Positions 8,323 through 18,747 of a DNA stretch of 64,000 bases are shown in pieces. This DNA is from Desulfatiglandales bacterium. GTDB taxonomy: Bacteria > Desulfobacterota > DSM-4660 > Desulfatiglandales > HGW-15. A program made the position numbers and the translations under genes. Each line of letters opens with the position of its first letter. The stretch's first letter is position 1. The notes under the pieces were generated by a model. That model saw only the letters and a program-made list of their open reading frames with translations. It searched no databases and had not been told where the DNA came from. The stretch spans positions 3,200,001-3,264,000 of the forward strand of contig CAXXJJ010000004.1 in assembly GCA_963667015.2 (NCBI GenBank), written 5' to 3'.

Positions 8323-9324
8323 TTAATTTATTATAAATGCCAGTTGTTCACCCATCTTTATGCTGGTTTCATATCCTTTTTCTGTATTCTCCAGAATATC
8401 ACGATCCAACTGAACTTTACCCTTTTCCAAAAGGATAATAATTGTCGAACCGCCGAATGCAAACCAGCCCTTTTCCTGACCCTTTTTAACATCAGTATCA
8501 GGAGTATAACTCTGAACAATAGAACCGACCATGGTAGCCCCTACTTCACACATCAGGATATCACCTGCGCTGGCAGAACTTAACACACTGTATTCCCGAG
8601 TATTTTCCCAGTAAATTTTCATCCTCTTTTTCACTGCATAGGGGGATACTGAATAGTAGGAGCCGTCAATCCTTTTTGATCTTGATATTCGGCCATCTGC
8701 CGGAAAATGAAAACGATGGTAATCCGCCGGAGCCAGCCGGATAATCATCAGTGCTCCACCCTTATACATGCTGCTCAGTGATTGATCCTGCAAAAATTCC
8801 TCAAGAGAGAATTCCTGCCCCTTGGCAAAAAATGTATCAAGCCTGTTAATTTCCGGAAAGACCATAACTTTTCCATCTGCCGGAGAAACTATTGCCTCAG
8901 GATTGTCATTAATCGGCCGGGCTTCCGGTTTTAACTCCCGGATAAAAAAATCATTGAATGTAGTAAAATCATGAACGGGACGAAGAACTTCACTCATATC
9001 TATCTGCAGACTTTTTATGAAATCCGGAATTTTTGCCCTTGATGCCGCGGTATCCATCTTTTTTCCATACCACTGTGTTAAAAACTTCCTTTTAACAAGC
9101 ATCTCCAGGGTAAGTTTTCCAAAAGGATAATAATACAGCCATCTAAGCCATCCTTCACCCGGAACAATCTCCTGCTTTATCTCACCAGTTTTTCGATCGA
9201 TATATTTAATATTCTTCATCTCGTTTCCTTCTAAGGCTATAGAAGCAACAACTATTATAATTATTAAGACGATAACTCCAGCAAATTTCAGCAATGCATT
9301 TGATTTCATTGCTTTATTTCTCAT
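8323..9324 (-). CDS. psd: Phosphatidylserine decarboxylase proenzyme
   Basis: FNDFFIRELK, SPADG, RLAPADYHRFH, EVGATMVGSI and FGGST autocleavage motif; N-terminal membrane anchor. Confidence 0.95.
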   Translation of the reverse strand: MRNKAMKSNALLKFAGVIVLIIIIVVASIALEGNEMKNIKYIDRKTGEIKQEIVPGEGWLRWLYYYPFGKLTLEMLVKRKFLTQWYGKKMDTAASRAKIPDFIKSLQIDMSEVLRPVHDFTTFNDFFIRELKPEARPINDNPEAIVSPADGKVMVFPEINRLDTFFAKGQEFSLEEFLQDQSLSSMYKGGALMIIRLAPADYHRFHFPADGRISRSKRIDGSYYSVSPYAVKKRMKIYWENTREYSVLSSASAGDILMCEVGATMVGSIVQSYTPDTDVKKGQEKGWFAFGGSTIIILLEKGKVQLDRDILENTEKGYETSIKMGEQLAFIIN

Positions 9325-10278
9325 TTACCTTTCATTTCCTTTAAAGGGAGATTCATTATTAAAGTCCGGCAGGAATTCAGATTTCTCATCCATCAAGTCG
9401 TAACCGGAAGGAAACTGCACAAACATATTCTTAAAACCCAGCTCAAGAGCATGTGAATAAACTGCACCAAATTCTTCAACAGCAAGAAACCGGTTCATAT
9501 CATTGTCATCATGGGTGATAACGGGGTGATATTGCGACATAAGACTTATCGGGATGCCTGCTCCGAATTCAAGGAAAAGGGAATTAAGGGCATTTATGGA
9601 GTTTTCAATCTTTCCCGGAAGAATCAGATGCCTCACCAGAACACCCTTTGCTGCAACATCCATCCCCTTTTCATATGAATCCAGAAAGCCCTTTTGCCTT
9701 ACCATCTCAACAATAGCGTCAAGGGCTTTTTGAGGATAGTCTTTACATCTGGAAAACTTTTTTGCGATTTCAGGATCTGAATACTTATAATCCGGCATAT
9801 ATATATCAGCAAAGTCTTCCGCAACCTTAAGTAATTCAAGCGACTGGTAGCCGGAAGTATTATAGAGGATCGGTGTTGTGTAGCCGTTTTCTCTCAGTCT
9901 TTCAACAATCTGAAAAGTATATGGAAAAAAGTGATCGGGGGTTACAAAATTGATATTGTGGACGCCATATGTATCTATCATCCCGGCTGTTTTTTCATAG
10001 AAATCTTCCGGCGTAATTACATCTCCCACACCTTCCATTGATATCTGGTGGTTCTGGCAAAAGGTGCACCTGAGAGAACAGCCACTGAAAAATATAGTGC
10101 CGGAGCCCCTGCTTCCCGATATTGGCGGCTCTTCACCGTGATGAGGTCCAATGTGTGCAACGCGGAGATGGCTGCTTTGTCCGCAGAATGCCTTCTTTTC
10201 TGCACCTGAGATTGTGCGATCGACCTTACATCCTCTGGGGCATAATTCACATTTTTTAAAAAGGTTTATATGATCCAT
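9325..10278 (-). CDS. Radical SAM protein, PflX-like (pyruvate formate-lyase activating enzyme-related)
   Basis: CELCPRGC, HHGEEPPISG, GCSLRCTFCQN (CX3CX2C), RHLILPG. Confidence 0.9.
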   Translation of the reverse strand: MDHINLFKKCELCPRGCKVDRTISGAEKKAFCGQSSHLRVAHIGPHHGEEPPISGSRGSGTIFFSGCSLRCTFCQNHQISMEGVGDVITPEDFYEKTAGMIDTYGVHNINFVTPDHFFPYTFQIVERLRENGYTTPILYNTSGYQSLELLKVAEDFADIYMPDYKYSDPEIAKKFSRCKDYPQKALDAIVEMVRQKGFLDSYEKGMDVAAKGVLVRHLILPGKIENSINALNSLFLEFGAGIPISLMSQYHPVITHDDNDMNRFLAVEEFGAVYSHALELGFKNMFVQFPSGYDLMDEKSEFLPDFNNESPFKGNER

Positions 10279-10358
10279 TTATTTATCATTCCCTTATTAG
10301 GACTCACTATATCACGAAATGATTCCTGCATTCTATCCGGTTTTTTGAGCCCTCAAGA

Positions 10359-10551
10359 GGTGGCATATAAAGTGCCACCCTACGAAAAACCTCGAAAAAC
10401 GAAGGATGGAGGTCCACCCTAATGATGTTGAACCAAGTTCCAATATATACTCCTCTCCCTTGATGGGAGAGGTTGGGAGAGGGTGACAGAATAGAGACCT
10501 CATACCTTATTGTTATTTCCTCCCCCTCCCTTAATCCCTCGAGGGGAGGGG
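10359..10551. repeat. Intergenic cluster of REP-like palindromes
   Basis: Minus-strand GTAGGGTGGCA..TGCCACC (10359-10383), degenerate copy ~10404-10421, CCTCTCCC..GGGAGAGG..GGGAGAGGGTG (10452-10485) and opposed CCCCTCCC..GGGAGGGG (10522-10551). Confidence 0.65.
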
Positions 10552-10628
10552 AATTTTCTGGGGGCATTATTCGCAATTCAACAACATCGAGGATATCCCT
10601 CATCACATCAACAGACACATACCATTTG

Positions 10629-13600
10629 CTAAAACAGGCTCAACTGTTTTTCTTTCTTTTTAGGCTTCCACTTTTTCCGCTCAAGAGGCTTAATATTCTT
10701 TTCCGGGATAAGATCAAGATAGGGAGACACATTCATATCGAGCGACCGGTTATTTATTTTCCTGCTTTTTGTATGAGACAGGATCAGCCTGTTTTTCGCC
10801 CTGGTTATTCCAACATAAAACAGTCGTCTCTCTTCTTCATAATCGCTGTCACCGAATATTTTGAGTGGAATTATCCGGTCCTCACATCCGGTAATAAAAA
10901 CAACCGGCCATTCCAGTCCCTTGGCAGCATGAACAGACATCAACGCTGCCCTGTCACCCTTAAATGCAGTATTATCAATACCTCTTTCAAGTGAAAGAAT
11001 ATCAGTAATGGATGTAATGCTGGGATTTTCTTTAACACTCTCTTTTAAACGCGTAACGGCTATCATTGGTTCATCAGAGGATAAGTCAAAATTATGCATG
11101 GAAATAATATCATCTAACACACGGATAATGTCTTTACCCGCCGGCATTGCATTTGAAAGGGCATCTGTCTCAATCTTATATTTCTGCATTAGCTCAAGGT
11201 ATTTATCCATATACAATTTGTTTTCGGTGAAAACCTGAGACTGTAAATACCGCATGATAACATCTACCGGATACTGCCCGGTTAAAGGTTTTTCCCCTGA
11301 GCGAACATATGGTATTCCGGCCCTGGACAATGCCTCCTCAAGGGCATCCCCCTGGGAGTTTGTCCTGAAAAGGACACCTATATCACCAAAACCAGTATTG
11401 TCGTCCCCATCCTCATGGGATGCAACCCTGCCGCTGTCCAGAGAGAAATAACTTGTACCTCCAAGTATTTTTTCTATCTGCTCGACCACCATTTCAGCCT
11501 CGGAAGCTGCAGTCCCGCATTCACTTATACGTACAAAATCCCCTTTTCCGGAAGTTCCCTCGAGTCGGCTTTCCTTTCCTAGTATAGCGGCAGCAGATTC
11601 AAGGATATTATCTGTGGACCTGTAATTTATTGAGAGAGATATTTCGAATGCGCCATTAAAATCTTCTGCAAACCTGTAAAAATTATCCATATCTGCTCCC
11701 CTGAAACCATAGATTGCCTGGTCAGGGTCACCGATTGCACAGATCAGGTTTATCTTATCCTTGATAAGATGTTTTAGTATGAGAGACTGAATATGATTCG
11801 TGTCCTGATACTCATCCACAAATACCCTTTTAAATTTTTCCGCATACTCAAGGCTGATATCAGGACATTTAATAAAGAGCCTCAATGTCTCGGCCTCAAG
11901 ATCATTAAAATCAAGCATGTTAAGGGATCTAAGGCCCTGCATATATTTTTCAAACAAGGGAAGAAGTTCCTCGTATTCCTCATCCGGTTCCCTGCCCATG
12001 GCCGCCATATACTTTAAATCTGACAGCGCCTTTTTGAATCTTGATACCGTCTGCCTGTCAGCGCCAGCTTCATTTGAGATGTTATCAATGATCAGCCGGG
12101 AATCCCCTTCCGAACAGATGGAAAAATCATGAGGGATATTCAGGTTGTTTCCATTCTCTCTAAGGATATTCAGGCAGAACCCATGAAATGTGGATATGGT
12201 TATTCCCTCTTTTGTTACACCGGGAAGAAGTGCATTCACCCTTTCCATCATTTCTCTGGCAGCCTTATTGGTAAAGGTGAGTGCAAGGACCTGGTCCGGC
12301 TTTAAGCCGTTGTTCTGTATCTCGCTCACTATTTTATGGGTAAGTGTAAGGGTCTTTCCAGTGCCGGGCCCGGCATTAATAATCAGGTGGGTTCCTGTAT
12401 GAAGAACAGCCTCCCGCTGCTTTTCATTAAGGGGATCAAGCACAGGATCAACGAATGAGGCCTGTTTACCGGTTTTCAGGTCTTTTTTTTTTGCCTTAAC
12501 GATCTTTTTTACATCCGGTTTTGGTTTCTTTTCTTTTTCTAATTCAACAACCTTGAACAGTCTTTTTTGCCCGATCAGTTCATGCTTCTCTGAATCATTG
12601 AACAGCCTGATCACACCGTATTCACCGTCATAGCCTTCCTGCCTTATCACCTCTCCGCTGCGCATTCTTGATATGGCCCTGGAAAGTAAAATGCCCCCGG
12701 CTGTCTCGATATCTGACAGATCCATATGCAAGAGGATATCAAGCTCAGGTCCCAGTTCTGCAAGCAGTTTTTCATAGGCAGTGTTTACAGTCTTTGTATT
12801 CGGCCCTGTCCCGATAATTTCTGACAGGATTTCAGCAAGTGGAATCAGACTGTGAAATTCCTTTTGAAGCACCGGACTTTCCCTGTCCGCCAGTTCAGCT
12901 ACACGATGAAAAACACCAACGGTTACCGGTTTTCCGCACACAGGACATATGCCGTCATTCTTTATGGTGTCATTGGGATGCAGCATCATATTGCACTTGC
13001 GGTGCCCGTCCATATGATACTTACCCTCTTCCGGATAAAACTCTATTGTCCCTTCAAAACCATTCTTCTCTTTCATTGCCCTTATCATGCTGTCATAATC
13101 AGGATTGCAGTTAAAAATATTTGCCTCTCTTCCGAGCTTTGAAGGGGAGTGCGCATCTGAATTGGACACAAGCAGATATTTATCCAGCGCTGAAAGGAGC
13201 CGGTTCATGGGCGGATCAGAAGAAAGCCCGGTCTCAAGTGCATGTATGTAATGGGTAAGGTCCTCAAAACATTCTTCGATATCATCAAAACCTGACTTGG
13301 ATCCGAATAAAGAAAACCATGGGGTCCACACATGTGCGGGGATAAAGAATCCTCTGTCACTGGCCTCAAGCATCATCTCAAGCAATATTTTTGAATCAAG
13401 CCCGAGTATGGGTCTTCCGTCGGATTTTATATTTCCAATCTTATCAAGAGCAGTGTTGAACTTTTCTGCGGACTCAAAATCCGGCATAAGAATGAGGTTA
13501 TGGTTTTTCCTTGTTCTGTCATTCTTTTTATATATACAGCTTATCTCGCCCGAAAGAATGAATAGGCTTTTAGAGGCACAGGCAGAAGGAACATCTCCTG

Positions 13601-13823
13601 AATTTTCCTTTTCATATTCAGGTTTTAGTCTGAAAAGACCATTTTCAGCTTCCTGAAATTTTTCTTTAAGTTCATTGAACCATTCGGGATGAGTAAAATC
13701 GCCCGTACCTATTACCCTGATCCCTTTTTTCTGCCCCCAAAGGGACAGAGCTTCAGGGGTAAGAGACCTCGAAGTAGCACGGGAATACCTGGAGTGTATG
13801 TGAAGATCAGCTATGAATTCCAT
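10629..13823 (-). CDS. Endonuclease Q (PHP-domain) fused to UvrD/Rep-family SF1 helicase
   Basis: DLHIHS, HVWTPWF, ETGLSSD, NSDAHS, GHRKC..CPVC; then AGPGTGKT, DEYQD, GDPDQAIYGFRGA, NYRS, HAAKGLEW, EERRLFYVGITRA. Confidence 0.9.
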   Translation of the reverse strand: MEFIADLHIHSRYSRATSRSLTPEALSLWGQKKGIRVIGTGDFTHPEWFNELKEKFQEAENGLFRLKPEYEKENSGDVPSACASKSLFILSGEISCIYKKNDRTRKNHNLILMPDFESAEKFNTALDKIGNIKSDGRPILGLDSKILLEMMLEASDRGFFIPAHVWTPWFSLFGSKSGFDDIEECFEDLTHYIHALETGLSSDPPMNRLLSALDKYLLVSNSDAHSPSKLGREANIFNCNPDYDSMIRAMKEKNGFEGTIEFYPEEGKYHMDGHRKCNMMLHPNDTIKNDGICPVCGKPVTVGVFHRVAELADRESPVLQKEFHSLIPLAEILSEIIGTGPNTKTVNTAYEKLLAELGPELDILLHMDLSDIETAGGILLSRAISRMRSGEVIRQEGYDGEYGVIRLFNDSEKHELIGQKRLFKVVELEKEKKPKPDVKKIVKAKKKDLKTGKQASFVDPVLDPLNEKQREAVLHTGTHLIINAGPGTGKTLTLTHKIVSEIQNNGLKPDQVLALTFTNKAAREMMERVNALLPGVTKEGITISTFHGFCLNILRENGNNLNIPHDFSICSEGDSRLIIDNISNEAGADRQTVSRFKKALSDLKYMAAMGREPDEEYEELLPLFEKYMQGLRSLNMLDFNDLEAETLRLFIKCPDISLEYAEKFKRVFVDEYQDTNHIQSLILKHLIKDKINLICAIGDPDQAIYGFRGADMDNFYRFAEDFNGAFEISLSINYRSTDNILESAAAILGKESRLEGTSGKGDFVRISECGTAASEAEMVVEQIEKILGGTSYFSLDSGRVASHEDGDDNTGFGDIGVLFRTNSQGDALEEALSRAGIPYVRSGEKPLTGQYPVDVIMRYLQSQVFTENKLYMDKYLELMQKYKIETDALSNAMPAGKDIIRVLDDIISMHNFDLSSDEPMIAVTRLKESVKENPSITSITDILSLERGIDNTAFKGDRAALMSVHAAKGLEWPVVFITGCEDRIIPLKIFGDSDYEEERRLFYVGITRAKNRLILSHTKSRKINNRSLDMNVSPYLDLIPEKNIKPLERKKWKPKKKEKQLSLF

Positions 13824-13920
13824 AGAGGAGATAATTGATTATCCGCATGAACATGTCAAGGAAGATAATGATCAGGAGTCGTCATCTAGTAAATAGTCTT
13901 CCCTAACACCCTGCGCCTCT

Positions 13921-13995
13921 TGTCCCGCCATAGCTTTAGCGACAGCGGGGATGAGATATGAGCCATTTTTCGCGGCGCAGCTTCAGCAAAGACGG
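13921..13995. repeat. Two copies of the dispersed REP-like repeat
   Basis: TGTCCCGCCATAGCTTTAGCGACAGCGG and TCGCGGCGCAGCTTCAGCAAAGACGG. Confidence 0.7.
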
Positions 13996-14006
13996 GTATG
14001 CCTGGT

Positions 14007-14615
14007 TTAAAGTTCATCCACATTAAGTTCAACCGGGTCTTCAAAATAGGCACCACTTGCACATGGCCTGCAATGCGCCCGGTTATCTATCACGACTTCC
14101 TTACCGTCCCTCACTACCTGCCCGCATTTTACACAGACGGTCTTCTTCTTAGAGGGGCCGGGCATTTCATACTCCATATAAGGAATTTTTACCTTCTGTA
14201 CCCTGAACAGGACACTGAGAGGCATACGCTTATATGCTTCGACCTGCTGTTTTGATTTATGTTCAATCTCCGGGGCATACTCCGATACAAGATTCCGGCT
14301 TTCTTCAGTTGAAATAATCCTGTACGCATCTCTTGTTTCAAGGTTTAAAAAAGTAGCGGCCATAATGCCGTAATCAGTAAACTTGAGAGATCGTCGTCCC
14401 AGTTTCACACCGGTCACATATGCCACGGCATCAGCCGTGCACCTATCCATCTCAACATAAACGATCAGTTTTTTTAACTGGTCCAGACGGCGAGGATTAT
14501 CAAACCCGATAAGACGGCAGCCGAGCATGGCCATTCGCACACCAACAACCTGGCCGGCGCAGAGATGCCCGTGTTCCTTTGCCGAGCCTTCAAGTAATGT
14601 TTCAAATGATTCCAA
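14007..14615 (-). CDS. FmdE-family protein with C-terminal zinc finger
   Basis: HGHLCAGQVVGVRM, EMDRCTADA, CVKC..CRPC. Confidence 0.9.
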   Translation of the reverse strand: MESFETLLEGSAKEHGHLCAGQVVGVRMAMLGCRLIGFDNPRRLDQLKKLIVYVEMDRCTADAVAYVTGVKLGRRSLKFTDYGIMAATFLNLETRDAYRIISTEESRNLVSEYAPEIEHKSKQQVEAYKRMPLSVLFRVQKVKIPYMEYEMPGPSKKKTVCVKCGQVVRDGKEVVIDNRAHCRPCASGAYFEDPVELNVDEL

Positions 14616-14699
14616 TTTATTATTTTCCTTTTATTATAAACTTATGTTATCGGTAACATATGAAATAACGTCCGGTCAATTCATTTCTTTATATCAAAA

Positions 14700-14741
14700 A
14701 TAAAATAACCGCTTGCAGATATATCTCCGCTGCAGAAGCGA
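14700..14741 (-). terminator. Probable intrinsic terminator after the acyl-CoA ligase gene
   Basis: CCGCTT-GCAG..CTGCAG-AAGCGG hairpin followed on the minus strand by a T-rich run. Confidence 0.45.
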
Positions 14742-14821
14742 TTAATTTATTTGATAAAACGGGATTTTTACAATATCAGGGCAGGCCCGATCCCTGGAAG
14801 TTTTTTCAGGTATTTTTATGT

Positions 14822-16321
14822 TTACTTCATGGCTGCAATAATCTGTTTTTTTAATTCCCTCTTCAGGACCTTTCCAGCGGTACTTTTGGGAAGTTCATCA
14901 ATAGTATTAAATTCCTTAGGGACTTTATACCCGGCGAGATGGTCCTTCATGTATTTCTTAACGTCAGCAGGATCAATCGTGTAACCGTCTTTTGGGACAA
15001 TATAAGCGGTCACCCTTTCACCATATTCTTTGTCAGGCAGGCCTATTACTGCGCACTCTTTAACACCGGGGTATGTAAATAATACCTCCTCCACCTCCCG
15101 CGGATAAACATTTTCACCTCCGGTGATAACCATGTCTTTAAACCGGTCCACAATAAAGAGGTATCCGTCCTCGTCTAAATACCCGACGTCGCCCGACCTG
15201 AACCAGTCAAACCAGAAGGCCCTTGCGGTTTCCTTACGATTATTCAGATACCCTTTAAAGATATTCAACCCGCGCAGGCATATTTCTCCAACCTCTCCCT
15301 GCTCAAGCATTTTCCCTAAACGATCCCTTATCTGTATTTCCATAAGATTTGCGGGAGTTCCCACCGAACCGATCACATGTCTGTGATAATGGTTGAATGT
15401 GACAATAGAGGCACTTTCTGTCAGGCCGTAACTTTCATGAATATCCAGCCCGGTCCTTGCCTTCCATTCTCTGACCACTTCGGCTGCCATGCTTGCGGCA
15501 GCAGAAAAACAATATGTAACTGATTTGAACTTCTCCTTGAGATCAGGGATCTGAAGCATTCTTATATAAATGGTCGGCACAGCATAAAATTTGGTTACGT
15601 TATGGCGGCTGATCGCATCAACGGCCTGATCCATATTAAATGACGGCTGAATGACCAGTCCCCCTGAACTGTAGATAGTTGCGTTTAAAACATGCATCTG
15701 GCCAAACACATGGTTCAGGGGTAAAAAGCACAATGTCCTGTCTTTTTCACTGCTTCTCTCATACCGGGCAACATTGGATATCGGAAAGAGGATATTCTCA
15801 TGGGACAGCATCGCGCCCTTTGGCGAACCTGTTGTGCCCCCTGTATAAAGTATTGCGGCTATGTCATCCCTCTCCCTGTCCACAGTTTTATATGAAGGCT
15901 CTCCATTTTCGGCAAATTTCAGGCAGCTGCGGCCCCCTTTATCAGTGATTACAAGGTCGGGTTTATAGTTTGAATCTGTGTATTCCAGATCCGGCAGCCT
16001 GTCCTCTGTTGTGAAAAGTACCATGGGCTTACAATCAATAAGTATATTCTGGAATTCATATTTTGTTAAAAGGTATGAAAAGGTAACGGCAACAGCACCG
16101 CATTTAAGCGCTCCAAAATACAAGGCAATCCAGTCATAACTGTTAGGCGCACAAAGACCTATATAGTCCCCCGGTTGAACTCCATAATCTGTAAGGCTTG
16201 AGGCAACTCTGCTTGCATATTCGTTAAACTCTCTATAAGTATAGTTCTTCCCGTCTTCTATAATGGCAATATTATCCGGAAAAAACCGGGCAGAATTCTC
16301 AAGAATATTGGCTAAATTCAT
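14822..16321 (-). CDS. Long-chain fatty acid--CoA ligase (AMP-binding family)
   Basis: YTGGTTGSPKG, YGLTE, RSGDVG, DRFKDMVITGGENVYPREVEE, LPKSTAGKV. Confidence 0.9.
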   Translation of the reverse strand: MNLANILENSARFFPDNIAIIEDGKNYTYREFNEYASRVASSLTDYGVQPGDYIGLCAPNSYDWIALYFGALKCGAVAVTFSYLLTKYEFQNILIDCKPMVLFTTEDRLPDLEYTDSNYKPDLVITDKGGRSCLKFAENGEPSYKTVDRERDDIAAILYTGGTTGSPKGAMLSHENILFPISNVARYERSSEKDRTLCFLPLNHVFGQMHVLNATIYSSGGLVIQPSFNMDQAVDAISRHNVTKFYAVPTIYIRMLQIPDLKEKFKSVTYCFSAAASMAAEVVREWKARTGLDIHESYGLTESASIVTFNHYHRHVIGSVGTPANLMEIQIRDRLGKMLEQGEVGEICLRGLNIFKGYLNNRKETARAFWFDWFRSGDVGYLDEDGYLFIVDRFKDMVITGGENVYPREVEEVLFTYPGVKECAVIGLPDKEYGERVTAYIVPKDGYTIDPADVKKYMKDHLAGYKVPKEFNTIDELPKSTAGKVLKRELKKQIIAAMK

Positions 16322-16932
16322 ACATAATCTCCCATAGGGTTTTATAAAACTTAAAAATAAATAAATTAAAGCAGCATTGCTCTGAGAACCAGAGGTCTAT
16401 ATACCGAACAAATCACCCTATATAGACATTTTTTTTTTAACTTTCAACCTTTAATCATATTTGATGATTATTATATTGTACCCGACATACAAAATCCGGA
16501 TGGATTTATTTCTGTATCAGGAAGGAAATTTTCTATCATATATAAGTTTAACCTGCACATGCAGAGGATTAATGCAAGGCATGTGCAAAAAAATTAATAG
16601 TTGTAAATGTCAGGACAAATATAAATAGTATAATCCGATTATTTGACAAATGCAGACAGGATAGGCTTCAATTATTAGAAATTTACAAAAATAAAATATA
16701 ATGTTATAAATATTCGTTTAATAAATTCGGACAGACACACTAAAAATATTATTAGGAAATTCAATGGTTTATCGAAGTATTCAGAGACAGATTCAATAAA
16801 TAAAAAAGTTTATTCTATAAATACAGCCTGACAGCATTCTCTGCACTATTTACTTCATAACCATAAAACAAAATTATATTATATCTATTAGAATTATTGT
16901 CTAAAGTCCTAATATAAAGAGGAGGTTTTCAA

Positions 16933-18747
16933 TTGAGTCAAATTTACAAAAATCTTGCACTCTGGCTGGTAATTTTTCTTATGGTTATCATGCTGTTTCA
17001 GATATTCAAACACCAGGATGCTGCAAGTTCAACAATACCCTACAGTGAATTCATCGGTATGGTAGAAGAAGGAAATGTCTACAACGTAACCATTCAGGGA
17101 CAAAATATAAAAGGCGACTCCGCCAAAGGCCCCTTCAGGACATATGCCCCGAACGATCCTCAACTTTTTTCTTTATTAAATGAAAAGGTGGCTAATATAA
17201 CAGTAGACCCCCCGGAGGATTCCCCCTGGTTTCAATATATACTCGGATGGCTGCCGATGCTCCTTATCATTGGTGTATGGCTCTACTTCATGAGGCAGAT
17301 GCAGTCTGGCGGCGGCAAGGCCCTTTCATTCGGAAAAAGCAAGGCAAGACTGATGAGCGATGGCCAGGAAAAGGTCACATTTGAGGATGTCGCTGGAATC
17401 GACGAGGCCAAGGAAGAACTGGAAGAGATCATAGAGTTTTTAAGAGATCCCAAAAAATTCACCAGACTTGGAGGAAGAATACCCAAGGGAGTTTTGCTCG
17501 TAGGATCTCCCGGAACAGGTAAAACACTCCTCGCAAGGGCAATAGCGGGAGAGGCAGGTGTACCATTCTTCAGCATAAGCGGTTCCGACTTTGTAGAGAT
17601 GTTTGTTGGCGTTGGTGCATCAAGGGTAAGGGACCTGTTTATACAGGGCAAAAAGAATGCTCCATGTATCATATTTATAGATGAGATTGATGCAGTAGGC
17701 CGTCACAGGGGTGCAGGCCTTGGCGGGGGACATGATGAAAGGGAACAGACTCTGAACCAGCTCCTGGTTGAGATGGACGGTTTTGAATCAAATGAAGGTG
17801 TAATACTTATTGCAGCCACAAACAGGCCGGATGTACTTGACCCTGCCCTGTTAAGACCGGGACGTTTCGACCGCCAGGTAGTCGTTCCGCCGCCGGATAT
17901 CAGGGGTCGTGAGGGAATACTCAAGGTTCATACAAGGAAAACCATCCTCGGAGATGATGTTGATGTTAAGGTCCTTGCAAGAGGGACCCCGGGTTTTACA
18001 GGAGCTGACCTTGAAAACATGGTCAATGAAGCGGCGCTTATGGGCGCAAGGCGCGGAAAAGACAAGGTCGAGATGGTTGACTTTGAAGATGCCAAGGACA
18101 AGGTCCTTATGGGCACCGAACGCAGAAGCATGATCATAAGCGATGAAGAAAAGAAGATTATTGCCTACCATGAGGCAGGTCATACACTTGTTGGCAAACT
18201 TCTGCCCCATACAGACCCGGTTCACAAGGTATCTATAATTCCCCACGGCAGGGCATTGGGCGTGACCCAGCATCTTCCGGTAGATGAGAAACATCTCCAG
18301 CCAAAGGAATACCTGGTGAATTTTATCTGGGGTCTAATGGGCGGCCGCGTGGCAGAGGAACTTGTTTTAAACCTTAAAACAACCGGCGCCAGTAACGATA
18401 TAGAACGTGCAACAGTTATCGCAAGAAAGATAGTATGCGAATACGGCATGAGCGATAACCTTGGCCCCCTTACCTACGGCAAAAAGGAAGAACAGATATT
18501 TCTTGGCAGAGAAATCTCTCAGCACAGGGATTACAGTGAAGAGACAGCCCAGCGGATTGATCAGGAGGTTAAGGACATTGTAATTGATGCCTACAATAAC
18601 ACCCGCAAGTTAATTGAAGAAAATATCGACACGCTCCACAAGATTGCAAATGGCCTGCTCGAAAAAGAAACCCTTGATGCAAAAGATATTGATGCAATCA
18701 TGGGGATTGAGCCTGCAGTCCTGGAGCTTGAGGAGGACCAGGATTAA
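16933..18747 (+). CDS. ftsH: ATP-dependent zinc metalloprotease FtsH
   Basis: Two TM helices, [43 protein letters not shown] start. Confidence 0.98.
   Translation: MSQIYKNLALWLVIFLMVIMLFQIFKHQDAASSTIPYSEFIGMVEEGNVYNVTIQGQNIKGDSAKGPFRTYAPNDPQLFSLLNEKVANITVDPPEDSPWFQYILGWLPMLLIIGVWLYFMRQMQSGGGKALSFGKSKARLMSDGQEKVTFEDVAGIDEAKEELEEIIEFLRDPKKFTRLGGRIPKGVLLVGSPGTGKTLLARAIAGEAGVPFFSISGSDFVEMFVGVGASRVRDLFIQGKKNAPCIIFIDEIDAVGRHRGAGLGGGHDEREQTLNQLLVEMDGFESNEGVILIAATNRPDVLDPALLRPGRFDRQVVVPPPDIRGREGILKVHTRKTILGDDVDVKVLARGTPGFTGADLENMVNEAALMGARRGKDKVEMVDFEDAKDKVLMGTERRSMIISDEEKKIIAYHEAGHTLVGKLLPHTDPVHKVSIIPHGRALGVTQHLPVDEKHLQPKEYLVNFIWGLMGGRVAEELVLNLKTTGASNDIERATVIARKIVCEYGMSDNLGPLTYGKKEEQIFLGREISQHRDYSEETAQRIDQEVKDIVIDAYNNTRKLIEENIDTLHKIANGLLEKETLDAKDIDAIMGIEPAVLELEEDQD

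Noticed and set aside
10307..10994. ORFs 10307-10618 (-) and 10473-10994 (+)
   Set aside because: Translations of palindromic repeats and antisense to the helicase end; no protein motifs.
16330..16930. 600-bp AT-rich spacer with inverted repeat TGCACATGC-N16-GCATGTGCA (16554-16587)
   Set aside because: Ordinary divergent promoter region; no ORF or RNA family recognised and the repeat lacks a downstream U tract.
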